A stretch of 64,000 nucleotides of DNA from positions 1,394 to 65,393 of the forward strand of contig JAYVZP010000072.1 in assembly GCA_043783275.1 (NCBI GenBank). Direction: 5' to 3'. The first letter of the stretch is position 1. Every line of letters begins with the position of its first letter. Source of the DNA: Rhodanobacteraceae bacterium. GTDB lineage: Bacteria; Acidobacteriota; Terriglobia; Terriglobales; Acidobacteriaceae. Made by a program: the position numbers and the translations under genes. Positions 8,386-16,982 of the stretch are shown piece by piece. The notes under the pieces are model-generated. The model was not told where the DNA came from. It ran no database searches and worked only from the letters and a program-made list of their open reading frames with translations.

Positions 8386-8661
8386 CTGCCTCCACAGCGG
8401 ACCCCGTGGGTTCGCCATGCACATTGGGGTTGTTTCGACGTAACGTCGCGTTCAACAGCCGGGGGAAGCCGTAAAGACAAGTATAGCAGGAGCCTGAAAA
8501 TAGAGTATTCCTTGAGGGCTAAGTCAGTCGCAGCGATCCTTGTGATTCGGTCCAATGGAATCCGATTTTATCCGCGCGGTTGCAGGTTTCTGCTTCTGCG
8601 TGGATGATGATAGGCGACACCATTCCTTTAAGCAGATTTCAGGGTCTCCAAGGAGAAATTA

Positions 8662-9270
8662 ATGAAGCGCCGAATTTTGCTGGTTGACGATGAAGTTGCC
8701 GTCTTGCTGACTTTGAAAGCCGTGCTGGAGATCAGCGGATTCGACGTGGAAATGGCCTCCAGCGCGCGTGAAGCCAAGAGCAAGCTCAAGCTGCGCGAAT
8801 TTGAAATGGTCATAACCGACATGCGTATGGAGTCCGAGGAATCCGGGCGCGAGGTCATCGTCGCCGCCCGTACCGCACCCTACCATCCTGCGGTCGCCCT
8901 GCTCACCGCTTTCCCGGTAGCAGACGACGACTGGCAGGATATGGGCGCCGACAAGATGCTGGTCAAACCGATGCAGACCCGCATGCTTATCCAATCCATT
9001 GAAAAGCTGCTGGACGGACACCAGGCCAAGCTGAAGAAACTTGAATTGGGCGGCATCGAAGCTGGTCTTGCAGCTGCTTTCGCAGCCGGCATGGCGGCCA
9101 GCACGGCCCAGTCTCGACCGGCAAGGAAAGCCGCGGTCAAAGCCGTAGGCGCCAAGCGAGCTACTGTCGTCAAGAAAGCTGCCACCAAGAAGTCCGCGGC
9201 CAATCCGGCACTTGCGAAGAAGGCCGAGCCCAAAAAGTCTTCATCAAGAAAGACGCTTCTGGCAAAGTAA
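8662..9270 (+). CDS. Single-domain response regulator (receiver) with a Lys/Ala-rich basic C-terminal tail
   Basis: Receiver: ILLVDDE.., phospho-acceptor context MVITDMRM, LVKP. Tail: ARKAAVKAVGAKRATVVKKAATKKSAANPALAKKAEPKKSSSRK. Good SD (AAGGAG 6 nt upstream). Confidence 0.85.
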   Translation: MKRRILLVDDEVAVLLTLKAVLEISGFDVEMASSAREAKSKLKLREFEMVITDMRMESEESGREVIVAARTAPYHPAVALLTAFPVADDDWQDMGADKMLVKPMQTRMLIQSIEKLLDGHQAKLKKLELGGIEAGLAAAFAAGMAASTAQSRPARKAAVKAVGAKRATVVKKAATKKSAANPALAKKAEPKKSSSRKTLLAK

Positions 9271-9294
9271 ACCTCGGGTCGCACGCCGTGTTGA

Positions 9295-9330
9295 CAGAGC
9301 CTCTCGCTATCTAATCCGCGAGAGGCTCTG
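9295..9330. terminator. 13-bp-stem hairpin between convergent genes (likely bidirectional terminator)
   Basis: CAGAGCCTCTCGCtatctaatccGCGAGAGGCTCTG, a perfect 13-bp stem. Confidence 0.55.
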
Positions 9331-9335
9331 GCTCG

Positions 9336-9596
9336 TTACCGAGGTGTATGCGTCTTGATGCACTGCCGCAAAGCAAGGTTGATGTCCAACGCCTTGGTCA
9401 CACCGGAGTCCAGCATGCCAAGCCAGTTGCTTGCGGGCTCTTTCAAGTCTGCCGTAGAGAGTAAGTAGCTTGTCTGGACAATAATCTCAAGCGCGTTCGA
9501 AAGGTCATGCGCAAGCTTGCGAATCTCCAAGGCAAGTTCTTCCGGAATAAACTCGGAGGGATGCATCGTAGACTTACTGGTTTGCGGATTGGCCAT
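9336..9596 (-). CDS. Small stand-alone H-box (DHp-like) protein without an ATPase domain
   Basis: MANPQTSKSTMHPSEFIPEELALEIRKLAHDLSNALEIIVQTSYLL.. The KLAHDLSNAL element resembles the AHDxNNxL phospho-acceptor box of HisKA domains. About 86 aa, predicted helical. Start uncertain (the ORF track gives 9650). Confidence 0.5.
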   Translation of the reverse strand: MANPQTSKSTMHPSEFIPEELALEIRKLAHDLSNALEIIVQTSYLLSTADLKEPASNWLGMLDSGVTKALDINLALRQCIKTHTPR

Positions 9597-9774
9597 TTGT
9601 CTCAAAGTACCTCTCTGGCTTCGCCTGCCCCGACCTGCAGATGACAGCAATCCAAGTGTAAGTCAGTCAAACCTTCAATTGACAGCCGAGCTGCATTTTG
9701 CGAAGATTGCGGTTAGGAATGCTCTCCCCGGTGATGCAAAAGGGGATCGATTCTTTGCCTGGTTGTACAGCAGT

Positions 9775-9861
9775 GCCGTAGTGGCGGAATTGGCAGACGC
9801 GCGTGGTTCAGGTCCACGTACTCGCAAGGGTGTGGGGGTTCGAGTCCCTTCTTCGGCACCA
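9775..9861 (+). tRNA. tRNA-Leu (anticodon CAG), encoded CCA
   Basis: GCCGTAGTGGCGGAATTGGCAGACGCG.. Anticodon arm CGTGG-TTCAGGT-CCACG, long variable arm, T-arm GGGGG-TTCGAGT-CCCTT, acceptor 3' CTTCGGC-A-CCA. One T:T mismatch in the acceptor stem. Confidence 0.9.
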
Positions 9862-9876
9862 GATTTCTTCAGAAAT

Positions 9877-9908
9877 GACCCCTCTGTCCATTTGCCGAGG
9901 GGTCTTTT
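9877..9908 (+). terminator. Rho-independent terminator after tRNA-Leu
   Basis: GACCCCTCtgtccatttgccGAGGGGTCtttt. Confidence 0.7.
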
Positions 9909-9966
9909 CATGCAACCAACCCAGTCGTCCGCAGTTGCTCAGACGACCAGAGGACACCCGGAAGCC

Positions 9967-10770
9967 ATGCCCACGCATCTTGAGAACATCATGTCGCATA
10001 CGTTGGTTCGCATGCTTGACCGCAAAGCGGCCACGGGGATCGGCGTGCTCGAACGTAAGGCTGCTACCCACACGCCCAGGGGTTTCACCGCGTCGCTTCG
10101 GTCCGTGGCGACCAAGGGACCGGCGGTCATCGCAGAACTGAAACGCGCTTCGCCCTCCAAGGGCATCCTTCGCGAGAACTATCAACCGGCCGAGATCGCC
10201 CAGGGCTACGCTGATGCCGGGGCCGCTGCAATCTCCGTGCTGACCGATGAAGACTTCTTCAAGGGCTCACTCGATCACCTGTCCCAGGTGTCGCAAACGG
10301 TCAACATTCCAGTTCTCCGCAAGGACTTCATCCTGGACCCGTTCCAGATCCTCGAGGCACGTGCAGCGGGTGCCGATGCCATTCTGCTGATCGTCGCCGC
10401 CCATACCGACGCTACTCTCGCGGAACTCAACGCCTTCGCCCGGCAACTCAATCTGGACGTGCTCTGCGAGGTTCACGACGGCGAAGAGCTGGACCGCGCC
10501 GTTCAACTGGGCTTTGAAGTCATCGGCGTCAACTGCCGCGACCTCAAGACGCTACTCGTCGATCCCATGCGCCACATGAACCTCGCGCTTTCGCTCCCGG
10601 CCAACGTCGTGCGGGTCGCCGAAAGCGGGATTCGCGGGCCCGAGGATATCCAACACCTGCTCCAGGCCGGATACGACGCATTCCTCGTCGGCGAGACACT
10701 CATGCGCCATGCTGACCCTGGGGCGGCTCTCGCGCAACTCACAACCATTCCTTCGGCCCCCAGGCTCTAG
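9967..10770 (+). CDS. trpC: Indole-3-glycerol-phosphate synthase
   Basis: AVIAELKRASPSKGIL..AISVLTDEDFFKGS..IPVLRKDFILDPFQI..GADAILLI..VNCRDLKT. The longer track ORF (9517-) overlaps tRNA-Leu, so an internal start is used: ATG 9967, with 9991 as an alternative. Confidence 0.9.
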   Translation: MPTHLENIMSHTLVRMLDRKAATGIGVLERKAATHTPRGFTASLRSVATKGPAVIAELKRASPSKGILRENYQPAEIAQGYADAGAAAISVLTDEDFFKGSLDHLSQVSQTVNIPVLRKDFILDPFQILEARAAGADAILLIVAAHTDATLAELNAFARQLNLDVLCEVHDGEELDRAVQLGFEVIGVNCRDLKTLLVDPMRHMNLALSLPANVVRVAESGIRGPEDIQHLLQAGYDAFLVGETLMRHADPGAALAQLTTIPSAPRL

Positions 10771-10773
10771 CCC

Positions 10774-11457
10774 ATGTGGGTAAAGATCTGCGCCAACACG
10801 AACCTTTCGGACGCTCTCGCCGCCATCGACCTCGGTGCCGACGCTTTGGGATTTGTCTTCGCTCGCAGCCCACGCCAGGTGACCGCAGCACAGGTTGGAC
10901 TTATGGCGGAGGCCCTGCCCGCTGGCGTGGAACGGGTAGGCGTGTTCGGGGAGGGCACGGCTGAGGACATTGCTGCGGTTGCGTGCGAAGCCCGCTTGAC
11001 AGCCGTGCAACTTCACGGTGGCATCTCCGCGTCGGGGTTCACCTTGTCGCGCCAGCTCGGTCACCTGATGGGCTCAGGTATCTCGATTATCCAGACCGTG
11101 CACTGGCCAGTCGGCGACGATGTTGCGCAGGATGAGGTTGCAGAGCGGGTTGCAGCACAACTAGCCGCTGTGATCGCCGCGGGTTCAGGGAATCGCGTTC
11201 TTGTCGACGCTAAAGTGGGAGCCATCTCAGGAGGCACTGGCCGCACGTTCAACTGGGAGGTGGCGAAGTTGGTTCTACACAGCCAAAAAGATCTGAAGAT
11301 CGTCGTGGCCGGTGGCCTGCGACCCGAAAACGTTGCGCAAGCCATTCATGCATTGGACCCCTGGGGAGTGGATGTCGCCAGCGGAGTGGAGCGTGAGCCA
11401 GGTTTCAAGGACCGCGTAAAACTGCAGAAGTTCATTAAGAATGCCCGGGGAGAGTAG
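10774..11457 (+). CDS. trpF: Phosphoribosylanthranilate isomerase
   Basis: MWVKICANTNLSDALAAIDLGADALGFVFARSPRQV.. Starts 3 nt after the trpC stop. Confidence 0.9.
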   Translation: MWVKICANTNLSDALAAIDLGADALGFVFARSPRQVTAAQVGLMAEALPAGVERVGVFGEGTAEDIAAVACEARLTAVQLHGGISASGFTLSRQLGHLMGSGISIIQTVHWPVGDDVAQDEVAERVAAQLAAVIAAGSGNRVLVDAKVGAISGGTGRTFNWEVAKLVLHSQKDLKIVVAGGLRPENVAQAIHALDPWGVDVASGVEREPGFKDRVKLQKFIKNARGE

Positions 11458-11502
11458 ACGCTCAACCCGGGCGAAAAGTAGTGGCTCGTGATCCAAAGCA
11501 GC

Positions 11503-11673
11503 CTAATGATGCGCTACCGAGCTATGCGAGTGGTCCTGTGGGGTCCGGTCATGGAACGGGTTTGGACGCACATGAGCAACAGAGGTGCGTACCGGATGTG
11601 CGAGGGCGATGGTCGGACTAAAAGCTAAGGCCAGGGCCGCGAGAGTCTTCAGGTTGTTGAACATGGTTTTCAT
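11503..11673 (-). CDS. Candidate 56-aa secreted His-rich peptide
   Basis: Below the ORF-track cutoff. GGAGGaattcATG, then MKTMFNNLKTLAALALAFSPTIALAHPVRTSVAHVRPNPFHDRTPQDHSHSSVAHH*. Signal-peptide-like start; the mature part has 8 His in ~30 aa. Confidence 0.35.
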   Translation of the reverse strand: MKTMFNNLKTLAALALAFSPTIALAHPVRTSVAHVRPNPFHDRTPQDHSHSSVAHH

Positions 11674-11810
11674 GAATTCCTCCGGTCTGCTCCTTCTGAC
11701 GCGCAGGGAGGCAGGTCGGATTCACGAATAATTCTGCGCATTACACGGCCTCCACATTCCGCAATACAACTTGCAGAGGATGGAGGCTGGCTGATAGGCG
11801 TGCTTCGAGT

Positions 11811-12131
11811 TTAGCGAGGGTACTCGTTGCGCTCGCGGGTTCGGACGCCACGCTTCACGCGCACATGATTGGCCACAGCGCCGCCGCCAGCACCCAGAGC
11901 GCCGCCGATCAGGGCACCTTTACCGCCGCCAAGAAGGCCGCCTACAAGTGCGCCTCCGGCCGCTGAGCCGACTACTACCTTTGCACCCGAGTGGTGTTGG
12001 TGATCATGCGCGCGTTGAGAAGCGACGGCCCGGCGGTGACGCTCGGCCGAGGAGTACTGGGCGGTGCCGGTGAGAGGAACAGCAAGGAGAGAGGCGAGCA
12101 TAAGACCAGATAACAGTTTTTGAACGTTCAT
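11811..12131 (-). CDS. Secreted glycine-zipper protein
   Basis: MNVQKLLSGLMLASLLAVPLTGTAQ signal, a His-rich stretch (AHDHQHHSG), then GSAAGGALVGGLLGGGKGALIGGALGAGGGA. Confidence 0.6.
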   Translation of the reverse strand: MNVQKLLSGLMLASLLAVPLTGTAQYSSAERHRRAVASQRAHDHQHHSGAKVVVGSAAGGALVGGLLGGGKGALIGGALGAGGGAVANHVRVKRGVRTRERNEYPR

Positions 12132-12235
12132 TGGTTGGCCCCGTGGTGTCTGCAATACATACCGCTGAGCAGTAAGATGCACTTTTTTGCATATTTGCGG
12201 AACGTAACTCTACAAATCTCCGAAAACCTCGGTTG

Positions 12236-12475
12236 CTACTCCTCCCGCGGCGGTTTGGACCCTTTTTTCGGACGAGAAGTGTTCTCCTCTAGACACTTCT
12301 CTGACACCGAAACAGGGTTCGACATTTCTTTCGCCGCAGCCCTTGTAAACGCACGATATAACCGCGGAACATCGACACGGCCCTGACGCAACTCAGCCTT
12401 GATCGCCGCATGCATGGCGGAGAGTAGCGGGTCGCGGAGCTCGTTCAGGAGCCGGTCGATGTAGAGATACGGCAT
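12236..12475 (-). CDS. Hypothetical 79-aa protein, translationally coupled to the upstream amidohydrolase
   Basis: The ATG lies 3 nt after the amidohydrolase stop (TAAcccATG). High GC3 in the first half. No recognisable family. Confidence 0.45.
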   Translation of the reverse strand: MPYLYIDRLLNELRDPLLSAMHAAIKAELRQGRVDVPRLYRAFTRAAAKEMSNPVSVSEKCLEENTSRPKKGSKPPREE

Positions 12476-12478
12476 GGG

Positions 12479-13810
12479 TTACCTGGAACCTTTGATGAGA
12501 ACTCCACCCTTGACCACCGTATCAATGTGCTCGAGCACTTCAATATGATCCAGTGGATTGGTGGGAACAGCAACGAGGTCAGCAAAGTGACCGGCAGTAA
12601 GCTCTCCCACATCAGCCGTGCGGCCAATCAGGTCTGCAGCAGAGATCGTCGCGGACTGGATCGCCTCTGCAGGCGTCATGCCGTACATCACCATGTAGTG
12701 GAACTGTTTCGCATTGTCGCCATGCGGGTAGACGCCTTCATCGGTGCCAAACGCCATCTTGACGCCAGCTGCATGCGCCTTGCGGAAGTTATCGCGCTGC
12801 TTCTGGCCGACGCCCTTCTCCTTGAGCAGCATCTCCTTCGGCATGCCCAGCTTCGGGCCTTCCTGCAAGATGTAGTCGTCGTCGTAGATGTCCATCACAA
12901 AATAAGTTCCATGCTGCTTGGCCAGCGCGATGCCCTCATCGTCCACCAGTGAGGCATGCTCGATCGAGTCCACACCCGCCATAATCGACCACTTGATCGA
13001 CTGCGCCCCATGGGCATGCGCGGCAATCTTGCGGCCTGCGAGATGTGCCGTTTCGGCCGCAACCTTCAGCTCCTCCAGCGTGTACTGAGGCGCCCCAGGC
13101 TGGTCGCCCTTGGAGAGCACGCCTCCGGACGCAGAAATCTTGATCACGTCCACCGTGTACTTCACCTGCTCCCGAATCGTCTTGCGTAGCTCATCCGCGC
13201 CATCGGCGATTGAATAGTCGCGCTTGTCCGGGAACATCTCAACCCGTGTCTGCGGCGAGTAGTTATTCAAATCTCCATGCCCTCCCGTGATTGAAAGGAT
13301 CGGCCCGGAAGCTACTATGCGCGGACCGGGTATGTAGCCCGCATTGATGTTGTTGCGCAGATCTACTGCCAGAAAGGGAGCGGAGCCCACATCTCGAACC
13401 GTCGTAAAACCAGCCTCCAGCGTCTTCTTTGCATTGACGACACCCGCAATTGCAGAGTCGAAGGGCGTGTACCGAAACGCATCGATCTCTTCGTAGCGAT
13501 CGGCCCGCGCGCCAAGGTGGGTATGGCAGTCGATCAGGCCTGGAAGAACGTATTCCTTGGACAGGTCCAGCACCTGAGCTCCTGCCGGCGTGCTAAAGGA
13601 CGCAGGCTCAACGGACACAATGCGGCTATCTGAAACAACCAGTGTCACATTGTCGCGGAAATGTCCGGACGCAGCATCGAACAGATGTCCGGCGCGAATG
13701 TAGCTGGTCACGGGTTTGGCCTCTGTAGAGGACTGGGCAAGGGCGGGAACGGCAAAGAGCAGGACAGTGGAAGCAAGACCGTGAATGCGCAAAAGTGTAT
13801 GACCTCTCAT
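12479..13810 (-). CDS. Secreted metal-dependent amidohydrolase (imidazolonepropionase / Xaa-Pro dipeptidase-like family)
   Basis: Signal peptide. LPGLIDCHTHLG (HxH metal motif), KIAAHAHG, SIEHAS, MAFGTDEG (metal-ligand Asp context). Confidence 0.85.
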   Translation of the reverse strand: MRGHTLLRIHGLASTVLLFAVPALAQSSTEAKPVTSYIRAGHLFDAASGHFRDNVTLVVSDSRIVSVEPASFSTPAGAQVLDLSKEYVLPGLIDCHTHLGARADRYEEIDAFRYTPFDSAIAGVVNAKKTLEAGFTTVRDVGSAPFLAVDLRNNINAGYIPGPRIVASGPILSITGGHGDLNNYSPQTRVEMFPDKRDYSIADGADELRKTIREQVKYTVDVIKISASGGVLSKGDQPGAPQYTLEELKVAAETAHLAGRKIAAHAHGAQSIKWSIMAGVDSIEHASLVDDEGIALAKQHGTYFVMDIYDDDYILQEGPKLGMPKEMLLKEKGVGQKQRDNFRKAHAAGVKMAFGTDEGVYPHGDNAKQFHYMVMYGMTPAEAIQSATISAADLIGRTADVGELTAGHFADLVAVPTNPLDHIEVLEHIDTVVKGGVLIKGSR

Positions 13811-13926
13811 ATAACTGTCTTTTTCATCTTAGTGGGTACGAGCATAAACCCATTCAGCAAACCCACAAACCACCGTGAAGTGAATCCTCCTATTGCAGCG
13901 ACGCATCGTACGTGCAGGAGAAATTC

Positions 13927-14961
13927 ATGGAATACAGGCAGCTTGGACGATCGGGATTAAAAGTGCCGGAGCTGTGCTTTGGCACCGGAACGCTGGGCAC
14001 CAGTGGCGAGTTCTTTGAAGCGTGGGCCAGCACCTCGGAGGTGGAGACAGACCGCCTTATCGGAATCTGCATGGATGCTGGATTGAACTTCTTCGACTCA
14101 GCAGACATCTACTCCAACGGTGGCAGCGAAGTTGCACTCGGCAAGGCCCTCGCCAAGCACAAGCGCGAAGACGTACTCATCTCCACCAAGGCCACGTTCC
14201 GCCTCGGCGAAGGTCCTAATGATGTCGGATCCAGCCGCTATCATCTCGTGCAGTCGCTGGAGCGCAGCCTCAAGCGCCTGAACACAGACTACGTCGACGT
14301 CTACCATCTGCATGCGTTCGACGCGACAACGCCCGTCGAAGAGACGCTTAACACGCTGGACAAGATGATTCGCGAGGGTAAGGTTCGTTATATCGCATGC
14401 TCCAACTTTTCCGGCTGGCACTTGATGAAATCTCTCAGCGTGAGTGAACGCTACGGATGGGCGCGTTACGTCGGCCACCAGGTCTATTACTCGCTCGTCG
14501 GCCGCGATTACGAGTGGGAGTTGATGCCGCTCGCGCTCGATCAGGGTGTAGGTGCACTCGTCTGGTCGCCGCTTGGATGGGGACGCCTGACCGGTAAGAT
14601 TCGCCGTGGCGCCGGCATCCCGAAGGACAGCCGTCTGAACACGCAGGTTGTCGTGGACGCAGGCCCACAGGTCACCGAAGAGTACCTCTACGACGTCGTC
14701 GACGCTCTCGATGAAGTCGCTAAAGAGACTGGCAAGACGGTTCCCCAGATCGCTCTGAACTGGCTTCTCGGACGCCCTACCGTGTCGACGCTCATCATCG
14801 GCGCCCGCAACGAAGATCAACTCCGTGCCAATCTCGGCGCCACCGGATGGAAGCTTACGCCGGATCAGATAGCAAAGCTCGACAAGGCAAGCGCACAGCC
14901 TAGACCCTATCCCTACTGGCATCAAGCACAATTTGGCGAACGCAACCCCAGCCCTGTCTAG
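13927..14961 (+). CDS. Aldo/keto reductase
   Basis: MEYRQLGRSGLKVPELCFGTGTLG..FFDSADIYSNGGSEVALG..VDVYHLHAFD..GKVRYIACSNF.. Confidence 0.9.
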   Translation: MEYRQLGRSGLKVPELCFGTGTLGTSGEFFEAWASTSEVETDRLIGICMDAGLNFFDSADIYSNGGSEVALGKALAKHKREDVLISTKATFRLGEGPNDVGSSRYHLVQSLERSLKRLNTDYVDVYHLHAFDATTPVEETLNTLDKMIREGKVRYIACSNFSGWHLMKSLSVSERYGWARYVGHQVYYSLVGRDYEWELMPLALDQGVGALVWSPLGWGRLTGKIRRGAGIPKDSRLNTQVVVDAGPQVTEEYLYDVVDALDEVAKETGKTVPQIALNWLLGRPTVSTLIIGARNEDQLRANLGATGWKLTPDQIAKLDKASAQPRPYPYWHQAQFGERNPSPV

Positions 14962-15088
14962 CCTGATCCGGACGGGGCGGGCCAACTCCATTCGGCCCGC
15001 TCCGCTCGGATATGCGTTCGCGAACATCCCGCCCACCGCGACCCATGAACGGGGTAGACCGCCCCAGCCCCGCTAATTTATCCCTTAC

Positions 15089-15132
15089 GAGACGAGAATG
15101 CCCAGCTAAAGCTAGCTGGGCATTCTCGTCTC
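15089..15132. repeat. Perfect 20-bp-stem / 4-nt-loop inverted repeat between convergent genes
   Basis: GAGACGAGAATGCCCAGCTAaagcTAGCTGGGCATTCTCGTCTC. No flanking U-tract. Confidence 0.8.
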
Positions 15133-15157
15133 CGACACGCTTGCCATCCAGCCAGCT

Positions 15158-16849
15158 TTAGTGCATCGCCGGCCCGTCCGACGCCGGCTTGATCTTCCCG
15201 ATCAGCAACACCAGCGGAATCATCAGCGTGCAGAACACGGCAAGCACGGCTACGATATCCAGATACGCAAGCATGGCAGCCTGTCGATGGAGCATGCCGT
15301 AGATGTAGGCCTGTGCGTTATGGACCCCGCCAATGCCCGGACCTCCACCAAAACCAAGTCCGCCGCTGTTGCCGCCGGCACCGCCCATTGCTCCGCGTAG
15401 CTGGTTGACCGCACTGTCAAATCCTCGGCTCCCCGGGGTCATATTTCGCACCATGTAAGCCTGATGCTTTTGCGATCCGCGGCTCAGCATCGTGGCCACA
15501 AACGCCGTGCCCACAGACCCGCCGATATTGCGTGCCAGGTTAGTCAGCCCTGCAACGTCGTTGTTCTCACTACGTGCGACCCCGGTGTAACTGATCGTAT
15601 TGATAGGTATGAAGAGGAAGGCCAGCCCGGATGCCTGATAGATGCGGACCCACATGATGTATCTGAAGCTCGAATCCAACGACAGCGTGTGCATCAGCGC
15701 CAGTGAGGTAGCCAGGATGAAGAAGCCGAAACAGATCAGCCATCGTGGGTCTACCCGGCCAATGAGAAAGCCCACCACAGGCATCATCATCATGATGCAG
15801 ATGCCGCCGGGGGAGATGACAAGCCCCGCCAGCCCTGCCGTATACCCCAGCAAAGTCTGCACAAATTGTGGAATGAGCACCGTCGTCGCATAGAGCGAGA
15901 AGCCCAGTACGAACATCAGCACAAAGGGGATCGTGAAAGTCCTCCGTTTGAAGAGCGTCAGGTTCAGAATCGGGCGGTTGCCGACCCTCAGCTGGTAAAG
16001 CTCCCAGAAGATCAGCGTCACCAGCGAAGCAATACACATGCAGGTGAAGAATGTGATGACGTGAGACGAGAACCAATCATCTTCCTGGCCCTTGTCCAGC
16101 AGGAATTCCAACGATCCGAAACCTACGGCAAGCAGACCGAACCCAAACAAATCCAGCCTCAGGCCACCCTTCTTTGAAGCTCGAACCTCGCGTGTCACAT
16201 GCGGTGGATCCTCCACCAGCTTGTTTGTCAGGAACAGCGAAAGCAGCGCAATCGGCACATTGATAAAGAAAATCCAGCGCCAGTTGTAATTATCCGTAAT
16301 CCAGCCGCCTAGCGAAGGGCCAATCGCCGGCGCGCACACGACCGCAAGCCCGTAGAGCGCGAAAGCCTGCCCACGCTGCTTCGGCGTGAAGGTGTCCGCC
16401 AGAATCGCCTGTTCAGAAGGCGCAAGTCCACCGCCGCCTGCCCCCTGCAGCACGCGGCAGAAGATCAGGATTGGCAGAGAAGGGGCCAGTCCGCACAGCA
16501 TCGACGACACCCCAAACAACACGACGCAGATCATGTAAAACTTTTTGCGCCCAATAAATGTCGTGAGGTAAGCAGAGGCGGGCAGAATGACTGCATTCGA
16601 AACGAGATAGCTCGTCAGAACCCACGTAGCTTCGTCCTGGGATGCACCCAACGAACCCGCAATATGGGGCAGAGCCACGTTCGCAATCGAGCTGTCCAGA
16701 ACTTCCATGAACGTCGCTAACGTTACCGTCAGCGCGATGGCCCAGATGTTGGCCCTGGGCCGCCAGGCGGCGTCGGCTGCTAACTGCTCAGGACTGTCAA
16801 GCTCATGGTCAGTATCTTGATTTTGGAGGGTCGCGCCAGCGGCTGCCAT
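15158..16849 (-). CDS. MFS transporter, DHA2 (EmrB/QacA, 14-TMS) drug:H+ antiporter family
   Basis: 563 aa. MEVLDSSIANVALPHIAGSLGAS..WVLTSYLVSNA..GRKKFYM..LQGAGGGGL. About 14 hydrophobic segments. Confidence 0.9.
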   Translation of the reverse strand: MAAAGATLQNQDTDHELDSPEQLAADAAWRPRANIWAIALTVTLATFMEVLDSSIANVALPHIAGSLGASQDEATWVLTSYLVSNAVILPASAYLTTFIGRKKFYMICVVLFGVSSMLCGLAPSLPILIFCRVLQGAGGGGLAPSEQAILADTFTPKQRGQAFALYGLAVVCAPAIGPSLGGWITDNYNWRWIFFINVPIALLSLFLTNKLVEDPPHVTREVRASKKGGLRLDLFGFGLLAVGFGSLEFLLDKGQEDDWFSSHVITFFTCMCIASLVTLIFWELYQLRVGNRPILNLTLFKRRTFTIPFVLMFVLGFSLYATTVLIPQFVQTLLGYTAGLAGLVISPGGICIMMMMPVVGFLIGRVDPRWLICFGFFILATSLALMHTLSLDSSFRYIMWVRIYQASGLAFLFIPINTISYTGVARSENNDVAGLTNLARNIGGSVGTAFVATMLSRGSQKHQAYMVRNMTPGSRGFDSAVNQLRGAMGGAGGNSGGLGFGGGPGIGGVHNAQAYIYGMLHRQAAMLAYLDIVAVLAVFCTLMIPLVLLIGKIKPASDGPAMH

Positions 16850-16982
16850 GCTTGCTTTCTTCGATGCCTATTTTTCGATTAGACTACTAAAATTTTCCAA
16901 TTGATTCACTTTAAGTCCCCAAAAGCCACGACTTTCCGATTGACGGCTTTATGAACTAGCATCGTGATTGCAGGAGAATGCT

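Noticed and set aside
9517-9966. N-terminal 150 aa of the 417-aa track ORF 9517-10770.
   Set aside because: This part runs straight through tRNA-Leu and its terminator. TrpC homology begins only around 9967-9991.
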